From Eledone cirrhosa (Eukaryota): a stretch of 64,000 nucleotides of DNA. The notes under the pieces are model-generated. The model searched no databases and was not told where the DNA came from. It saw only the letters and a list, made by a program, of their open reading frames with translations. This document shows, one piece after another, positions 26,101 through 39,199 of this stretch (within the stretch, counting starts at the first letter, position 1; the number at the start of each line of letters is the position of its first letter). The stretch covers positions 558,001 through 622,000 of the forward strand of contig OZ024760.1 of NCBI GenBank assembly GCA_964016885.1, read 5' to 3'. Position numbers and translations under genes: made by a program.

Positions 26101-26547
26101 CCAGCGTGCTTCTAAGATGCCATTCCAATCCCCTATTAACAGTAAAGGGCGAGACGTAAGCAGAAAGTTTTCCAGGCGCCTAAAGAAGTCCGGCCGACCG
26201 GCCCCAGTAGGGGCGTAGACGGCCACCAGTCTAAAGGCACCACCTTCGCTATTGCTCACGTCCAGGACCACCAACTTTCCGTCAGGATCCCGGAAGATTG
26301 ACCTTACCTCGAGATCCAGACATTTCCTAAACAGCACAGCCACTCCACCTCCCATTCCCGGCCGACTAACAGATGCAAAGATCTGATAATCGTCGAAAAT
26401 CGGCGCCAGTGCGCGTGTGTCGGAAATTCTGGTCTCGCTGATGGCAATTACATCCATTCCTAGTGACCTGAGGTCGTTGAGCAAGTGACCTTGCTTCCAG
26501 GGCGACCCCAGGCCACGAACATTTAAACTTCCTACTCTTATGGCCAT
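23128..26547 (-). CDS. LINE ORF2p: APE endonuclease + RT + C-terminal zinc finger (1139 aa)
   Basis: SLNVRGL, SET, VYAP, GDWN, IDRIF, SDH, SPGLDG, FRPITLLN, DQSKAFDRVDH, QGCPLS, YADD, CPRC..H..C. Confidence 0.95.
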   Translation of the reverse strand: MAIRVGSLNVRGLGSPWKQGHLLNDLRSLGMDVIAISETRISDTRALAPIFDDYQIFASVSRPGMGGGVAVLFRKCLDLEVRSIFRDPDGKLVVLDVSNSEGGAFRLVAVYAPTGAGRPDFFRRLENFLLTSRPLLLIGDWNGILEARWDCVGVSDRSGGCKSLKYLISQFQLSDRYRLDFPNAPVWTWTNRIGSSRSYIDRIFIRKRDRNSVGCPHFKTVAYSDHKLVICMVDLDKTRRLGPSYWKLNMSFPARKAYRDRVNNLVKQKLTGGVVNNRWWGALKREIRATSIGFSKEVAIEKNRKEEGLIAKLDEAICSGIATDVLAARMALDHFFNAKHEGCIVRAKARALRNEGTKAARWARFAETQRGNKTTIRSLTDRDGHELSDSKQMCEAFRQHFARLFGRMGESETAADFSLYLDGLPRLSTADAERCEEPITSVEIQDALVGCSSRKSPGLDGLPYELYVNMPDLFSDLLEALYCNWQQNGSIPSSVSRGVVTLIRKDENKRDTLDNFRPITLLNTEFKILAKVLAKRLALVVKDLVGEAQTCAIPTRSIHDNLHLMRYIIERVGCKPGFGGALINLDQSKAFDRVDHRYLEAVLEAAGFGPVFRSWIAAMYSGICSVVKVNGHLSEPFQISRSVRQGCPLSSLLYVLTLEPLLRKLELLQGIPLEPGRRKAASAYADDITVMVSDTSEIEVIRTHLEEYERLTGAKLNPEKSVGLQLGTWRGKSMPSNSVVGRWTDGPVKLLGVWFGPDLQVDKNWDEVTSRIANLTQKWAERKLSLKGRAEVANAYIASVIYYRLTVVPCPRPRLANLERLLFKFLWRGRVPLVRRSICCQHPLRGGLGMPWLMMRRHALRLRHLQIFCLNGEQVWSPFVRRAFPQLISLTELQSWVKKRPRLGDWHLECCQALTALCKVGNAVSGTSTQDFYRGLVEGKCDDVLGEALGVNEVELTSMFRRTFEPGTMDNFQKSLAWQCYRGALPVRDKLYRHGSAVRRTCPRCAQSDETVLHALVQCPCIADLWGYVEQLLSRVERIRLSSESIVKIDPPPSFGQEGQAIFLCLVAVAKEVAWWTRLKGLKTDTFLFGQSLINFFKFHLERKVRVEREVLPPSTFTERWVNVARMARVSGPTLIMRL

Positions 26548-26576
26548 GCTGGCAGGATGAATGGGAGAGGAAAGGT

Positions 26577-28487
26577 TTACTTACCTTCCGGGGTCTTGTG
26601 AAGGTCGGGTGGTTCGACCTCCATGGTTTGTGGGGTTTCTTTTGGGAACCCCTTTAATAGTCTTGACGTGGGTTTTACGTTCGGGGTTCCCACATCCCGA
26701 GGAAAGCTCTTTCGAATTTCTTTGTATGAAGCGAGCGACATTCGCATCAGAAGCAAATTATCTGGTACGCGAAATGTGCTCGCTTCAAATGTTTCCCCGT
26801 CTTTTTCGATGTTTGTGCTTCGTGCTACATGGGCCATCAATTCCTTGTTGGCCCTTCTGGCAAGCACGAAGTTTTTAATGTTTTGTTGCTCGGGTTTTAT
26901 TTGTTCGTGTGATTTTGGTGGTGATAGCTTTGTTAGTGTTGTTTCTATTGTGTCTGCGTTTGTTGTGGGTGGGGTGTCTGTAGTTTCTGATGTTTGTGTG
27001 TCTATTTGTTCTTGTGTCTGTTTAGCTTGTTTGCGTTTGGGGGATTTTGGTGGTTGTGTTGGTGATGCAGAGGGGAAAATGTTTGTGTGGGTGGTGTGTG
27101 TATTTTTTTTTGTGGGGGTGTTTGTGCTTTGTGGATTTCTTTTTTTTTTGTGTTTTGTTTTTTGTATTTTGGGGGACTTTGGTTTTCCCTCATCTTCACT
27201 GCTGGAGGATGAGGGGTCTGTGGCTGTGAGCGTGTTTGTGTCTGAGTGAGTGTTTATGTTCTTGTTCGTGTGTGTATTTTGGGGGGGAGGGGGAATGGGA
27301 GAGCTTTCCTCGTTTCCCCCCTGGGTGTGCAATTTTGGTGGTTCCATTGTTGACGGTGTTGCTGGTGGTCCTTGTCCCGGCGTCGCCAGCAGTGGAATCT
27401 TTCGACCCCTTGCGCTTTTCGGCAGTTGAGGGCAGAAGGCTCGCAAGTGTGTCGTTTCCCCACAAAGGAAACAATGCGGCCTTTTGCCCTCAGTCATTAT
27501 ATGCAACACCCTCCCGTTTTGGAGGCGGATGTGGTCCGGGATTGCTTTCACGTTTTCGGGTCTGATTTGGAGCAGTATCTCCAGATCAACCCCGGACCAG
27601 TCGTCCCTGGCAGTTCTCGTTGCCTCTACCGGGACTGTATCCGTTCCTTCCACGATTACGCAACCCAGGAGCCACCACATATCAAGTCCTGGTGGAATCC
27701 TGGGAATGCGCACACGTGCTATTCGTTTTCCCATGTGGGAGGGGTACATTATGACCTTGCTGGTTTTGCAAGGGGTCATTGAATGCTTCACAGCGAGGGC
27801 TTCAGACTTGAACAGCACCGAAACGGTGCCGTATTGCCTGCCCCTCTCTATGAAGTCTGTGTCCTCTCTGATGTATTTCAGTGCGGCTTCTATGTCAGCT
27901 TGGGCGATTATCGCTGCCCTCTTTGTCTCTACTGAGATGCATCTGAAATGCACCGTTCTTTTTTCCACTGCCTCAATGGCTTCTGCCGGGACAGTTAAGT
28001 TTGCCCAGGTCTGCTCTTGATTTATGATTTTCCAGGCCTGGGCCAACTTTTCCTCTCTGTTGGTTAAGTCGATGCTGTAGCATGGTCTCCTTTTAGCCGC
28101 TGCCACAGCAGCGAAGGTGTTCTTGTTGGTGTTGTCACTGTTGTTGTTCTTGTTGGTGTTGCTGCTGCTATTGCTGTTGTTGTTCTCCCCTGTGTCGTGG
28201 TTACCCTCTGTGATGTTGGCCTTGTTGGTGCTGTTGCTGTCGCTACTATTACTCTCTGTGCTGTTCGTTTTGTTGGTGCTCTCGCTATTACCACCTTCTG
28301 CGCTGTTCGGCTTGTTGGTGTTGGTGTTGTCGCTGTTACCACCTTCCGCGCCGCTCGGCCCGTTGGTGCTGGCACTGTCGCTGCTCACATTCGTGCTGGT
28401 GACGCTCCTCGCCTCACCTCTCCTCTCAACGCTCAAGTCGCCGTTGCACGACAGCAGACCCGCCTCTAGGGGGCGTGGCTCCTCCAT
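26577..28487 (-). CDS. LINE ORF1p, gag-like with CCHC zinc knuckle (likely start MEEPRP at 28487)
   Basis: Low-complexity N-terminus, RRM-like middle, CFLCGETTHLRAFC knuckle, K/T/P-rich tail. Confidence 0.88.
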   Translation of the reverse strand: MEEPRPLEAGLLSCNGDLSVERRGEARSVTSTNVSSDSASTNGPSGAEGGNSDNTNTNKPNSAEGGNSESTNKTNSTESNSSDSNSTNKANITEGNHDTGENNNSNSSSNTNKNNNSDNTNKNTFAAVAAAKRRPCYSIDLTNREEKLAQAWKIINQEQTWANLTVPAEAIEAVEKRTVHFRCISVETKRAAIIAQADIEAALKYIREDTDFIERGRQYGTVSVLFKSEALAVKHSMTPCKTSKVIMYPSHMGKRIARVRIPRIPPGLDMWWLLGCVIVEGTDTVPVEATRTARDDWSGVDLEILLQIRPENVKAIPDHIRLQNGRVLHIMTEGKRPHCFLCGETTHLRAFCPQLPKSARGRKIPLLATPGQGPPATPSTMEPPKLHTQGGNEESSPIPPPPQNTHTNKNINTHSDTNTLTATDPSSSSSEDEGKPKSPKIQKTKHKKKRNPQSTNTPTKKNTHTTHTNIFPSASPTQPPKSPKRKQAKQTQEQIDTQTSETTDTPPTTNADTIETTLTKLSPPKSHEQIKPEQQNIKNFVLARRANKELMAHVARSTNIEKDGETFEASTFRVPDNLLLMRMSLASYKEIRKSFPRDVGTPNVKPTSRLLKGFPKETPQTMEVEPPDLHKTPEGK

Positions 28488-28835
28488 GTTTTTTGAGAAA
28501 AAAATTATTATTTTTTCCAAAATAAAGTTCAAATATTTGGGCCAAAAGGCCCAAATATTATGAGTTATTCCTTCACAGGATACAAATGAATGTCTTATAA
28601 TGCTTCAGCGGTACAAAAAATAAACAATTCTCTACAATTAATCCTCAAAAAATTGCTTACTCACGGAGCTTCAAAAAACGTACATCCACTTTCGTCAATA
28701 ATAATAATAATAATAATAATCCCGTTAAGGGTGAAAGCAGCGATTCTTTGCTTAAACTTTAATCTGTTGTTTTAATAAATAAATATATATATATGTATGT
28801 ATATATATGTATATATATATATATGTATATGTATC

Positions 28836-28930
<95 letters not shown>

Positions 28931-29126
28931 CTATACATAAACACACACATACACACATATATGTGTATATATGTATGTATGTGTTCACATATATGTATAA
29001 ATGTGTTTGTGTATGTATATATTGATTTAGTAAATAAATATTTTTATTTATTCTGTAAAAACACTGTAACACAACTTCGTTATACCAACTCCATTTGCTT
29101 GTTTCCGTCTCTCTCTCACTCTCTCA

Positions 29127-29159
<33 letters not shown>

Positions 29160-29392
29160 ACTCTCTCTTGCTCTCTCTCTCTCTCTTTCTTGCTCTCTCC
29201 TTCACTATAGGAATATATACATGCTTATGCTACATATAGAGAGAGAGAAAGAGAAAGGGAGAGTGTGGGTGACATGTATATATATATACATGTATGTGTG
29301 TATATATATGTATATATGTATGTATATATACGTATATATATGTACGTATCTATTTATATACAAATATATATATACGTATGCATTTATACACG

Positions 29393-29489
<97 letters not shown>

Positions 29490-29491
<2 letters not shown>

Positions 29492-29666
29492 AGGTAAGTT
29501 ATTCCGGGTTGAATCGGAGGTAAGTAAGGTACTCAATACATAGCAGAGTATAAAAGTTTTAATATAGTTGAGATTCTACAGGACTAGAACTGTTTCATTC
29601 TGGAGAAATCATCAGGAATCTGATGATTTCTCAAGAATGAAACAGTTCTAGTCCTGTATAATCTCA
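29490..29666. repeat. Small fold-back element with head-to-head hammerhead-like cores (second copy ~46250-46455)
   Basis: tcatcag-gaat-CTGATGA-tttctcaagaat-GAAA-cagttc; inverted arms 29569-29666; shared tail with the 46.3-kb copy. Confidence 0.65.
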
Positions 29667-29721
<55 letters not shown>

Positions 29722-29746
29722 ACATGTATATATATATGCATGTATT

Positions 29747-29782
<36 letters not shown>

Positions 29783-29806
29783 TATCCACATATATTTATA
29801 TATATG

Positions 29807-29837
<31 letters not shown>

Positions 29838-29858
29838 CCACATATATTTATATATATG

Positions 29859-29894
<36 letters not shown>

Positions 29895-30147
29895 CATATA
29901 TTTATATATATATATATATATATACACATATATTTATATATATATACATATATATATATCCACATATATTTATATATATATACATATATATATATCCACA
30001 TATATTTATATGTATGTATTAATACACGTATGTATATGTATATATATATATGTGTGTATATATGTGTATATATATATATATACACATATATATATATATG
30101 ATTATATATATACACATATATATATATATATAAATATATATATATAT

Positions 30148-30242
<95 letters not shown>

Positions 30243-30563
30243 CACATTTATATACATATATATTTACACTCACCTATATATCCAGATGTATATACAAAAA
30301 TATAGAAAGGGAAATTAGCTAAATCGTCATTACCACCAACGAGCAAACGCTCCTCTGAGACTAAAGAGTGCCTCAGATTAAGACGCGAGGTTAAAAAAAT
30401 CTCTAAAAAGTTATTAAATTAAAAACAAAATGAAAGCAGAAATAATATAGACGAGAAACAAACCATGTAGTGAATATCAACAATGAACAATTGATGTAAC
30501 TTAACCTACCAACACACGCACGTAAACAAACACCCCATGTATGCGTGTGTATAGATACACCCC

Positions 30564-30645
<82 letters not shown>

Positions 30646-30671
30646 TTACATATATATATATACTTACACAT

Positions 30672-30743
<72 letters not shown>

Positions 30744-30886
30744 TTACATATATATATATATATACTTACATATGTATATATATATATAGAGAGAGAGAGA
30801 GACCAAATCACAGTGCAAGAAGCCGTTTAACAACCAGAGTCTGTTCAAGACATTCCATCTATGTTATTTAACAAGGTATTAGAATG

Positions 30887-30938
<52 letters not shown>

Positions 30939-30939
30939 G

Positions 30940-30971
<32 letters not shown>

Positions 30972-30984
30972 AGTGTGTGTGTGT

Positions 30985-31055
<71 letters not shown>

Positions 31056-31203
31056 TGTGTGTGTGTCTGTGTATATATGTCTATTTGGTACATTGGTCTA
31101 TAGGTACATAGATAAATTTATATATATATATATATGTAGATATAAAGTTCTCCCTATATAGATATACACGTATATATGTATACAATATCTACATATCTAC
31201 AGT

Positions 31204-31280
<77 letters not shown>

Positions 31281-31400
31281 AAAGTTAAACAAGGTTCAAT
31301 GAATAAATCAAAGAATGAGTTTTACAATAGATTGGAAGCACTCAACTACCATGACTGAATCTTAACCATTTACTATGTCAGGGTATGTCATGCATCATCT

Positions 31401-31467
31401 TATTTTATCTGATGAGGACGTACTGTTGAAGTTAACTCAGTATCTCTGAAATATGTATAATAAAATA
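31401..31467 (+). ncRNA. Type I hammerhead ribozyme
   Basis: tattttat-CTGATGA-[tactg/cagta stem II]-GAAA-TATGTA-TA-ataaaata; element lies between (TA)n tracts. Confidence 0.78.
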
Positions 31468-31511
31468 TACTTGATCACAAGAATATCTATTTTGTTAATA
31501 TTTTGAATTAA

Positions 31512-31586
<75 letters not shown>

Positions 31587-32030
31587 ATGTATGTGTGTGT
31601 ATGTACGCATGTATGTATGTATGTATGTATGTATGTATGTATGTATGTATGTATGTATGAATGTATGTATGTATGTATATATATATGCGTGTGTATCTCT
31701 GTTTGCGGGTATGGAAGTTGTGTAAAAACCATGAAAAGTGATTGAATATTTAGGGGAACATTATTTTTTTCATCAAATATGTTTGTAACCCGATAATGAC
31801 GATGGGATAACCGAAAAATGGGAAAATTATAATTTTAATTCAAATATATTTCGAAATATATTTACAAACATATACAATTGCACACATATGAACTTATACA
31901 CATAGACCCGTATATATACATACAGGTACACACATATATACACTCAAAAAGCCATATCTATCAATACATATGTGTGTGTATATATAGAAGTGTGTGTATA
32001 TATAGAAGTGGTAACACAAAAGTTAGTTCA

Positions 32031-32080
32031 CCATACCGAGAACAATTGTTTCACCTTAGCGGATCCTCAGCTCGTAATGG
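32031..32080 (-). ncRNA. Minimal hammerhead ribozyme
   Basis: Minus: ccattacgag-CTGAGGA-tccgctaaggt-GAAA-CAATTG-TT-ctcggtatgg; palindromic stem III. Confidence 0.7.
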
Positions 32081-33036
32081 TTATAGTTATACGGAATAGG
32101 AAGGACAACCGTATGAAAGCGCATGAAAGCAATGAAAAACTGCGGGCGATAACTGCGAAAGTGTAAGGGAGATAACTGCGAAAGTCCGAAAGGTTCTAGT
32201 TGATAAGAAAATTAGGATGTTGTTGTTACTCAATCAGGAGCTTTGTTGTTATGTAAGAAGTGTTCCCAGACATGTGTACAACGTGTGAAGATTTCATATC
32301 TTGAGTTTAGGCATTCGCTATTGCTAAATCTCTCTAGGATATATATATATATATATCTTTAAAAAAAAAATGTGTTTTTTTCATTGGATTACGACCACAC
32401 TGGAGCACCGTTCTGAATGGATTTTAGTCGAATTTATTGAAAGACAATAGAAAACTAAAAGAAAACCAGAAAAATATGACGAAAATATGTTGAAAACACT
32501 ACATTATGGAATAAAATATACATGAAAGTAAAAAATGTTAAATATAAACAAAAAGAATAAAACATACAAAAAATACAAGAACAACAAGAACAAAAAAAGA
32601 GAAAAACAATATAAAAAATATATAGGAAAACAAGACCAAAAAATATATTAAAAAAACCAAGACCAAAAAATATAAAGTAAAAAAACAATGGTTAATAGAA
32701 AAATAGAAAAAATCTGAAAATAAATAGAAACAATGGAAAGAAAACAACTAAAATTAAAGACAAAAGCTCGCAGAACAGGAAGGAAGTAATATATACGGAA
32801 GTAATTATACACATACAAATGCACGTATATGCACTTACACACATAGATAAGTATATATACATACATGTACATAGATGTATACACGCAAAAAACCATATAT
32901 ATCAATACGTATGCATATAATGTGTGTGTATATATATATATATATATATGTATGTAAATATATATATGTATATATGTATGTATATATATATATGTATATA
33001 TATGTATATATATGCATGTATATATATATGTATATG

Positions 33037-33081
<45 letters not shown>

Positions 33082-33872
33082 GTATGTATATATATATATA
33101 TGTATATGTATATATATATATATGTATATATATATGTATATACATATATATATGTGTTTATATACTTATATATGTGTATATATATATACACATATGTGTA
33201 TATATATATATATATGTGTATATATTTATATGTGTGTCTGTATACACACATATATGTGTATATACATATATATGTGTGTATACACACATATGTGTATATA
33301 CATATATATATGTGTGTGTGTGTGTACACACATATATATGTATATGTATATATGTGTTTGTGTCTGTGTGCCTGTATGTATGTGTGTGTTATGTATATAT
33401 ACAAGGAGAGAGAGAGTAAGAGAAAAATATGTTCGTACACATGTATACATACACTCACACGCACATACATACATGCCCATACACATACATTCCCTGTCAC
33501 ACACACACTCACACACACACAGCGGTAAATAAAGAAGATAAAACAAACACACATAATGTATAAATAGGTGCAAGAGAATGATGACGTCATGCATATATTT
33601 AGAATTGCCGGTTCACAAGGTAAAAGAAACAAACAACAAAAAAATCAAACAAACCGGAAGTGTAGGTTAATTCTGCATCTAACAACAACATCCGGAAGAG
33701 ACATTACCGAGAGCTCAGCAAATTACGAGTTTGTATTACATATAACATACGTCTCTCCCTCTCTCCCCATCTTTCTCCACCTCTTCCCCCCTCTCGCTCT
33801 CTCTTTCTCTCTCTCCTCTTCTCTCTTTATCTCTCTCTCTCTCTCCCCTTCTCTCTTTATATCTCTCTCTCG

Positions 33873-33918
<46 letters not shown>

Positions 33919-34027
33919 ATGTGTATATATGTATGTATATATACATGTATTTATGTATATATACATTTATATATATGTATTTATATGTATATGTATATAT
34001 GTATACATATATGTAAATTTATATGTA

Positions 34028-34063
<36 letters not shown>

Positions 34064-34108
34064 TGTATGTATGTATGTATGTATATATATACGCATTTAT
34101 ATATATAT

Positions 34109-34315
<207 letters not shown>

Positions 34316-34354
34316 TATATTATTATATTATATATTATATATTTTATATTATAT

Positions 34355-34388
<34 letters not shown>

Positions 34389-34568
34389 CCCGTAGAGCAA
34401 ATATTTACTTGTATAGATTAAAGTTTAAGCAAAGAGTCGCTGCTTTCACTCTTACAGGTTCTTCTGAAACTGTACAAATAATATATATATATATGGCTGA
34501 AGCCCGCGAAGTCGAACTTTCCTCTTTCCAATACAAAGCGTGAAACCTCTGTTTGTTGTCTCCTTGAA

Positions 34569-34692
<124 letters not shown>

Positions 34693-35329
34693 TGCAAAAA
34701 GTAAGCGGAAACAACAAAGAAAATGTCAGATTGTTCTTTTAGCTTCTAGAACAGTTTGAACTCTTGGAATCGCTGTTATATTCTTCCATTACACTTCAGA
34801 CAGATTTTGTTTAATTTCAACACAAATACCCATTACGTTTTACTAAATTTACCAAACATTCTTCTATACTGTTTGGATAAAAGACTTTGCTTATACATTT
34901 CTGTATAGCTGGATTGTGTTATAGGTGACTCTTACAATATACATTTATATATATACCTAAATAAAACCGCTATTGCTCCGATCAATCTACTAACAATTAA
35001 CTGAACACCAACCTGTACCCATGACTCATGCCAAAGCAAATCATTCTCGCCCTCCAAATTTGGCAAATCAATCGCGGCCAACCTCTCCTCCAAAATCCGA
35101 CATACGTAACCGGATCGCAATAGCCAGCAAATGGTGAAAACGGACGTTACAAAGCTGAAGCTGTCATATTACGTAGTTTCTATATAATAAAGTCAAAGCT
35201 ATTGTTATCTGCAGCGACCACGACCCCATTGTGTAATAGGCCGTGCTCCAATACCATTGGCGTTTAACATGACCCATTCGCCGTTTCTTTGCATATATCA
35301 TAACTTTAGACCTTACTCCTTTTTGTTAG

Positions 35330-35725
35330 GTTACAGGTTTTTGATCCGTAGGTAACATTCGGCAGAGTACACTGGTCATAAACTTAACGTGTTTAGACGA
35401 TTGGCACGTCTTTGTTCCAGGAAATGGCACTCGCTCTTCTAAATGGCTGAAGCCCAAGTATGATACGGCGCTTGATTTTGTGTTCTTTAGACACCGAATC
35501 AATTGAAATTCACTGACCGAGGTAGATGTAGAGGTCGACCTCTTAGATCTTGTTGTTATTGATGACCAGGTCTGCATTCTCAACGTATTTATTGCACATG
35601 ACTTTTGTCATTTTGAGGTTCAGGCTCAGGGGGACTTCTCAGCTAGCTGTATTCAGTTCTCTTTAAGCATTTGTTGTAGTTTTCTGTTGCTGGCGAAGAT
35701 AATGATGTCGTCAGCGGACCTAGAT
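35330..35725 (-). pseudogene. Degenerate RTE-clade LINE RT fragment
   Basis: Manual translation across stops: ADDIIIF..LQQML..MTKVM..YIYLGQ..IKRRI..VYDQCTLP..TYGS. Confidence 0.7.
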
Positions 35726-35776
35726 TTTTTCACTTTTACACAAACTCATAAACACGCACACACGCACACGCACACA

Positions 35777-35887
<111 letters not shown>

Positions 35888-35902
35888 GCGCACACACACG
35901 CG

Positions 35903-35997
<95 letters not shown>

Positions 35998-36010
35998 ATA
36001 TATATATATA

Positions 36011-36812
36011 TAACTTTGAATAACTTTGAAATGTTTTGGCCAGTATTGGCCCAGGCCATGTCTAACTTAATAGCACCACCTGGCGAAGTCTTTCAATTCA
36101 GGATTTGGGCACCATGGCCCATTCGAGAAGAGAATTACTGTTTGCGGAGACATATCCGGGTGTGGGTGGTTTGTCCGGGATTACTTGGAGGAATTTGTCC
36201 AAAGACTTCTTGAATTTTGTGTGGTCAGTTTCTGTTTTGACGTGTCCTGGTGTGATGTTGAAGAGAGCAGGGCCGATTGAGGTGAAATAATTGTGCCGTA
36301 TTGTTGTTATGAGTTGCGATTTAGATTTTTGAATGGGACGGATAGCACGGGGCCCAAGCCTTGGGTGTATCTTGAAGGCGATGCCAACATCATTTGGGCA
36401 GTGATGATGGAACATTTTCCACACCATGCAGATAATATAACGCTCACGGCGACGTTGGAGTGAGTAAAGTTTCAGGTTTTCCAATCGACCCCAGTAGTCA
36501 AGGTCTGACATGCCATCTATCTTTTTCGTGATTGCCCTTTGAGGAGCTTCAAGTTTCATGATACTTTGTTTCGTGTGGGGAGACCACAGTGGACAACAGT
36601 ATTCAAGGTGTGGTCGGGCAAAAGTAGAGAAGAGAAGGATAATGGTGCGGGAATCTCTCGACTGGAAGGTTCTGAGGATCCAGGAACACATTCTGCGGGC
36701 CATGTCAACTTTGCTGCTTATATGCGTGGTCCAGCTTATGTTGCTGTCCACGGTTACTCCCAAGTCTCTGATGTTGTTAGATGCCACGAGAGTTTCCCCG
36801 GAGGGGAAACTG
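36011..36812 (-). mobile_element. 5'-truncated CR1-clade LINE 3' fragment
   Basis: [42 protein letters not shown]; 3' tail of tandem TTCAAAGTTA. Confidence 0.88.
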
Positions 36813-36875
36813 TATGTATATATATATATGTATATATATATATGTATATATATATATATACATATATATATATAC

Positions 36876-36932
<57 letters not shown>

Positions 36933-36978
36933 ATCTTCTATACACAATCATACACACCCGTGTATATTTACCTATCTA

Positions 36979-37054
<76 letters not shown>

Positions 37055-37075
37055 CATATATACATATACATATAC

Positions 37076-37112
<37 letters not shown>

Positions 37113-37134
37113 TTTATATATATATATAAATATT

Positions 37135-37204
<70 letters not shown>

Positions 37205-37298
37205 TATATACATATGTATATATATATATATATGTATATGTATATATGTATATGTATATATATATATATGTATATATGTATATATATATATGTATATG

Positions 37299-37373
<75 letters not shown>

Positions 37374-37386
37374 GTATATGTATATG

Positions 37387-37445
<59 letters not shown>

Positions 37446-37446
37446 G

Positions 37447-37680
<234 letters not shown>

Positions 37681-37992
37681 AATAAAGAGCGTTCGGATCT
37701 AGCTGTCGAAACGGCCGGGCTGAGCCGTCGGGGTCCTGACGCTTTTCCTATATATATATACAAATATAAATTAGCGAGAATCGTATTTCGGCTTTGGAAT
37801 TAGCGTAAAACAACTTCCGAGATGTGTGGCAAGCGCTCAATAATTCTGACGAACCAGAGCTACAACATACGTTAAAGGCCAAACACACTGAGACGATGGT
37901 TAAACCGTCATCCGCACAACCATAGAAACGACCAAGTAATTCGGGTCAAACAAATAACAAAATGTGATTGAAAAATTTATATATATATATAT

Positions 37993-38685
37993 ATAATATA
38001 TAGTAAGAAACACAGTAAACCGTGTGTCTAAAATTACAAGGGTTGAAAAACCACATTTGTTTGAAATATTTAACCAAGAAGCAGACAGAATGATACAATA
38101 AAAATATATTATTATACAAACCGCCTCAATAACCATTATATCTCTCGGACAGATTATCCCTAATCTGTTTCGCCCTGAGTGTGTTTGTAACAGACAATAC
38201 TGGGCATCATCAGCGAGAGAATCTGATTAAATGCAACAAACACTATTTGCCAACGTTCACACAGAAAGATGAATTTGTCACCTCGTGCGCCGCTAGTCAA
38301 ACGTGGTAAGCGCGTATTGAATAGAAATAACAGTCCAACACACACAACTTAATAAGCTCAACTTGTGAGGGAGCAGAAATATATATGAAAATTAGAGTTA
38401 AAACTCCAATTGGAACCCTGTAACTATTAAGCTCCAAGTATAAAAATACTGAGCCGATTAATAATATATAGTAAGAAACACAGTAAACCGTGTCTAAAAT
38501 TACAAGGGTTGAAAAACCACATTTGTTTGAAATATTAAATATTTCAAACAAATGTGGTTTTTCAACCCTTGTAATTTTAGACACACGGTTTACTGTGTTT
38601 CTTACTATATATTATTAATCGGCTCAGTATTTTTATACTTGGAGCTTAATAGTTACAGGGTTCCAATTGGAGTTTTAACTCTAAT

Positions 38686-38697
<12 letters not shown>
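37993..38697 (-). mobile_element. Non-coding retrozyme-like element: ~468-nt unit with ~78-bp terminal redundancy plus inverted 5' arm
   Basis: Direct repeat 37993-38070 / 38461-38536; palindrome 38379-38697 centred at 38537; internal hammerhead; (TA)n on both sides. Confidence 0.75.
38141..38220 (-). ncRNA. Complete type I hammerhead ribozyme
   Basis: Minus: tctctcg-CTGATGA-t-gccc..gggc-GAAA-cagatta-ggga-taatctg-TC-cgagaga; 7-bp stem I, fully paired stem III, GUC cleavage triplet. Confidence 0.92.
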
Positions 38698-38739
<42 letters not shown>

Positions 38740-38857
38740 GTGTGATGATGTTTACGGTTTCTGATTGTATCTCTACTACTACTACTACTACTACTACTAC
38801 AGCCTCCTCTTCTTACACAAATATGATTAATGTTAGGAGTAGCTTTCATGTTACTAG

Positions 38858-39045
38858 CAATAATTGTTTCTACTTTAGGCACAAGGCCAGCAATTACCAG
38901 TGCATTACTGGTACTTTATTTTATCGACCCCGCAAGGATGAAAGGCAAAGTCAACCTCGGCGGGATTTGAACTCAGATCGTAAAGGGACGTAATTATGCT
39001 GCAAAGCATGGCGTCCGACCCTCTACCGATTCTGCCAATCCACCA
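38858..39045 (-). mobile_element. tRNA-derived Meta-like SINE
   Basis: Near-complete family copy. Confidence 0.85.
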
Positions 39046-39199
39046 CAACAATAATGAATTTACTTGTCATTGATGTTGTTGTTGCTGTTGTTGATTATAT
39101 TTCTATGTTTGTTGTTGTTGTTGTAGATTTTTATATATTTATATATATTTGCTGTTGTTGTTGTTGAAGGTTATTATATATATATTACCTCCAATTATA

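Larger units (their letters stand above)
22874..28696 (-). mobile_element. Full-length intact L1/Tx1-clade LINE (~5.8 kb)
   Basis: Two intact ORFs 29 nt apart, short 5'UTR, 3'UTR ending AATAAATGAAATC, (AAT)n on both sides. Confidence 0.93.

Noticed and set aside
26623-28563. Plus-strand ORFs antisense to Tx1 ORF1
   Set aside because: Shadow ORFs of a low-complexity coding strand
33560-33700. TGACGTCA and CCGGAAGT motifs as a host promoter
   Set aside because: Short motifs with no linked gene or transcript evidence
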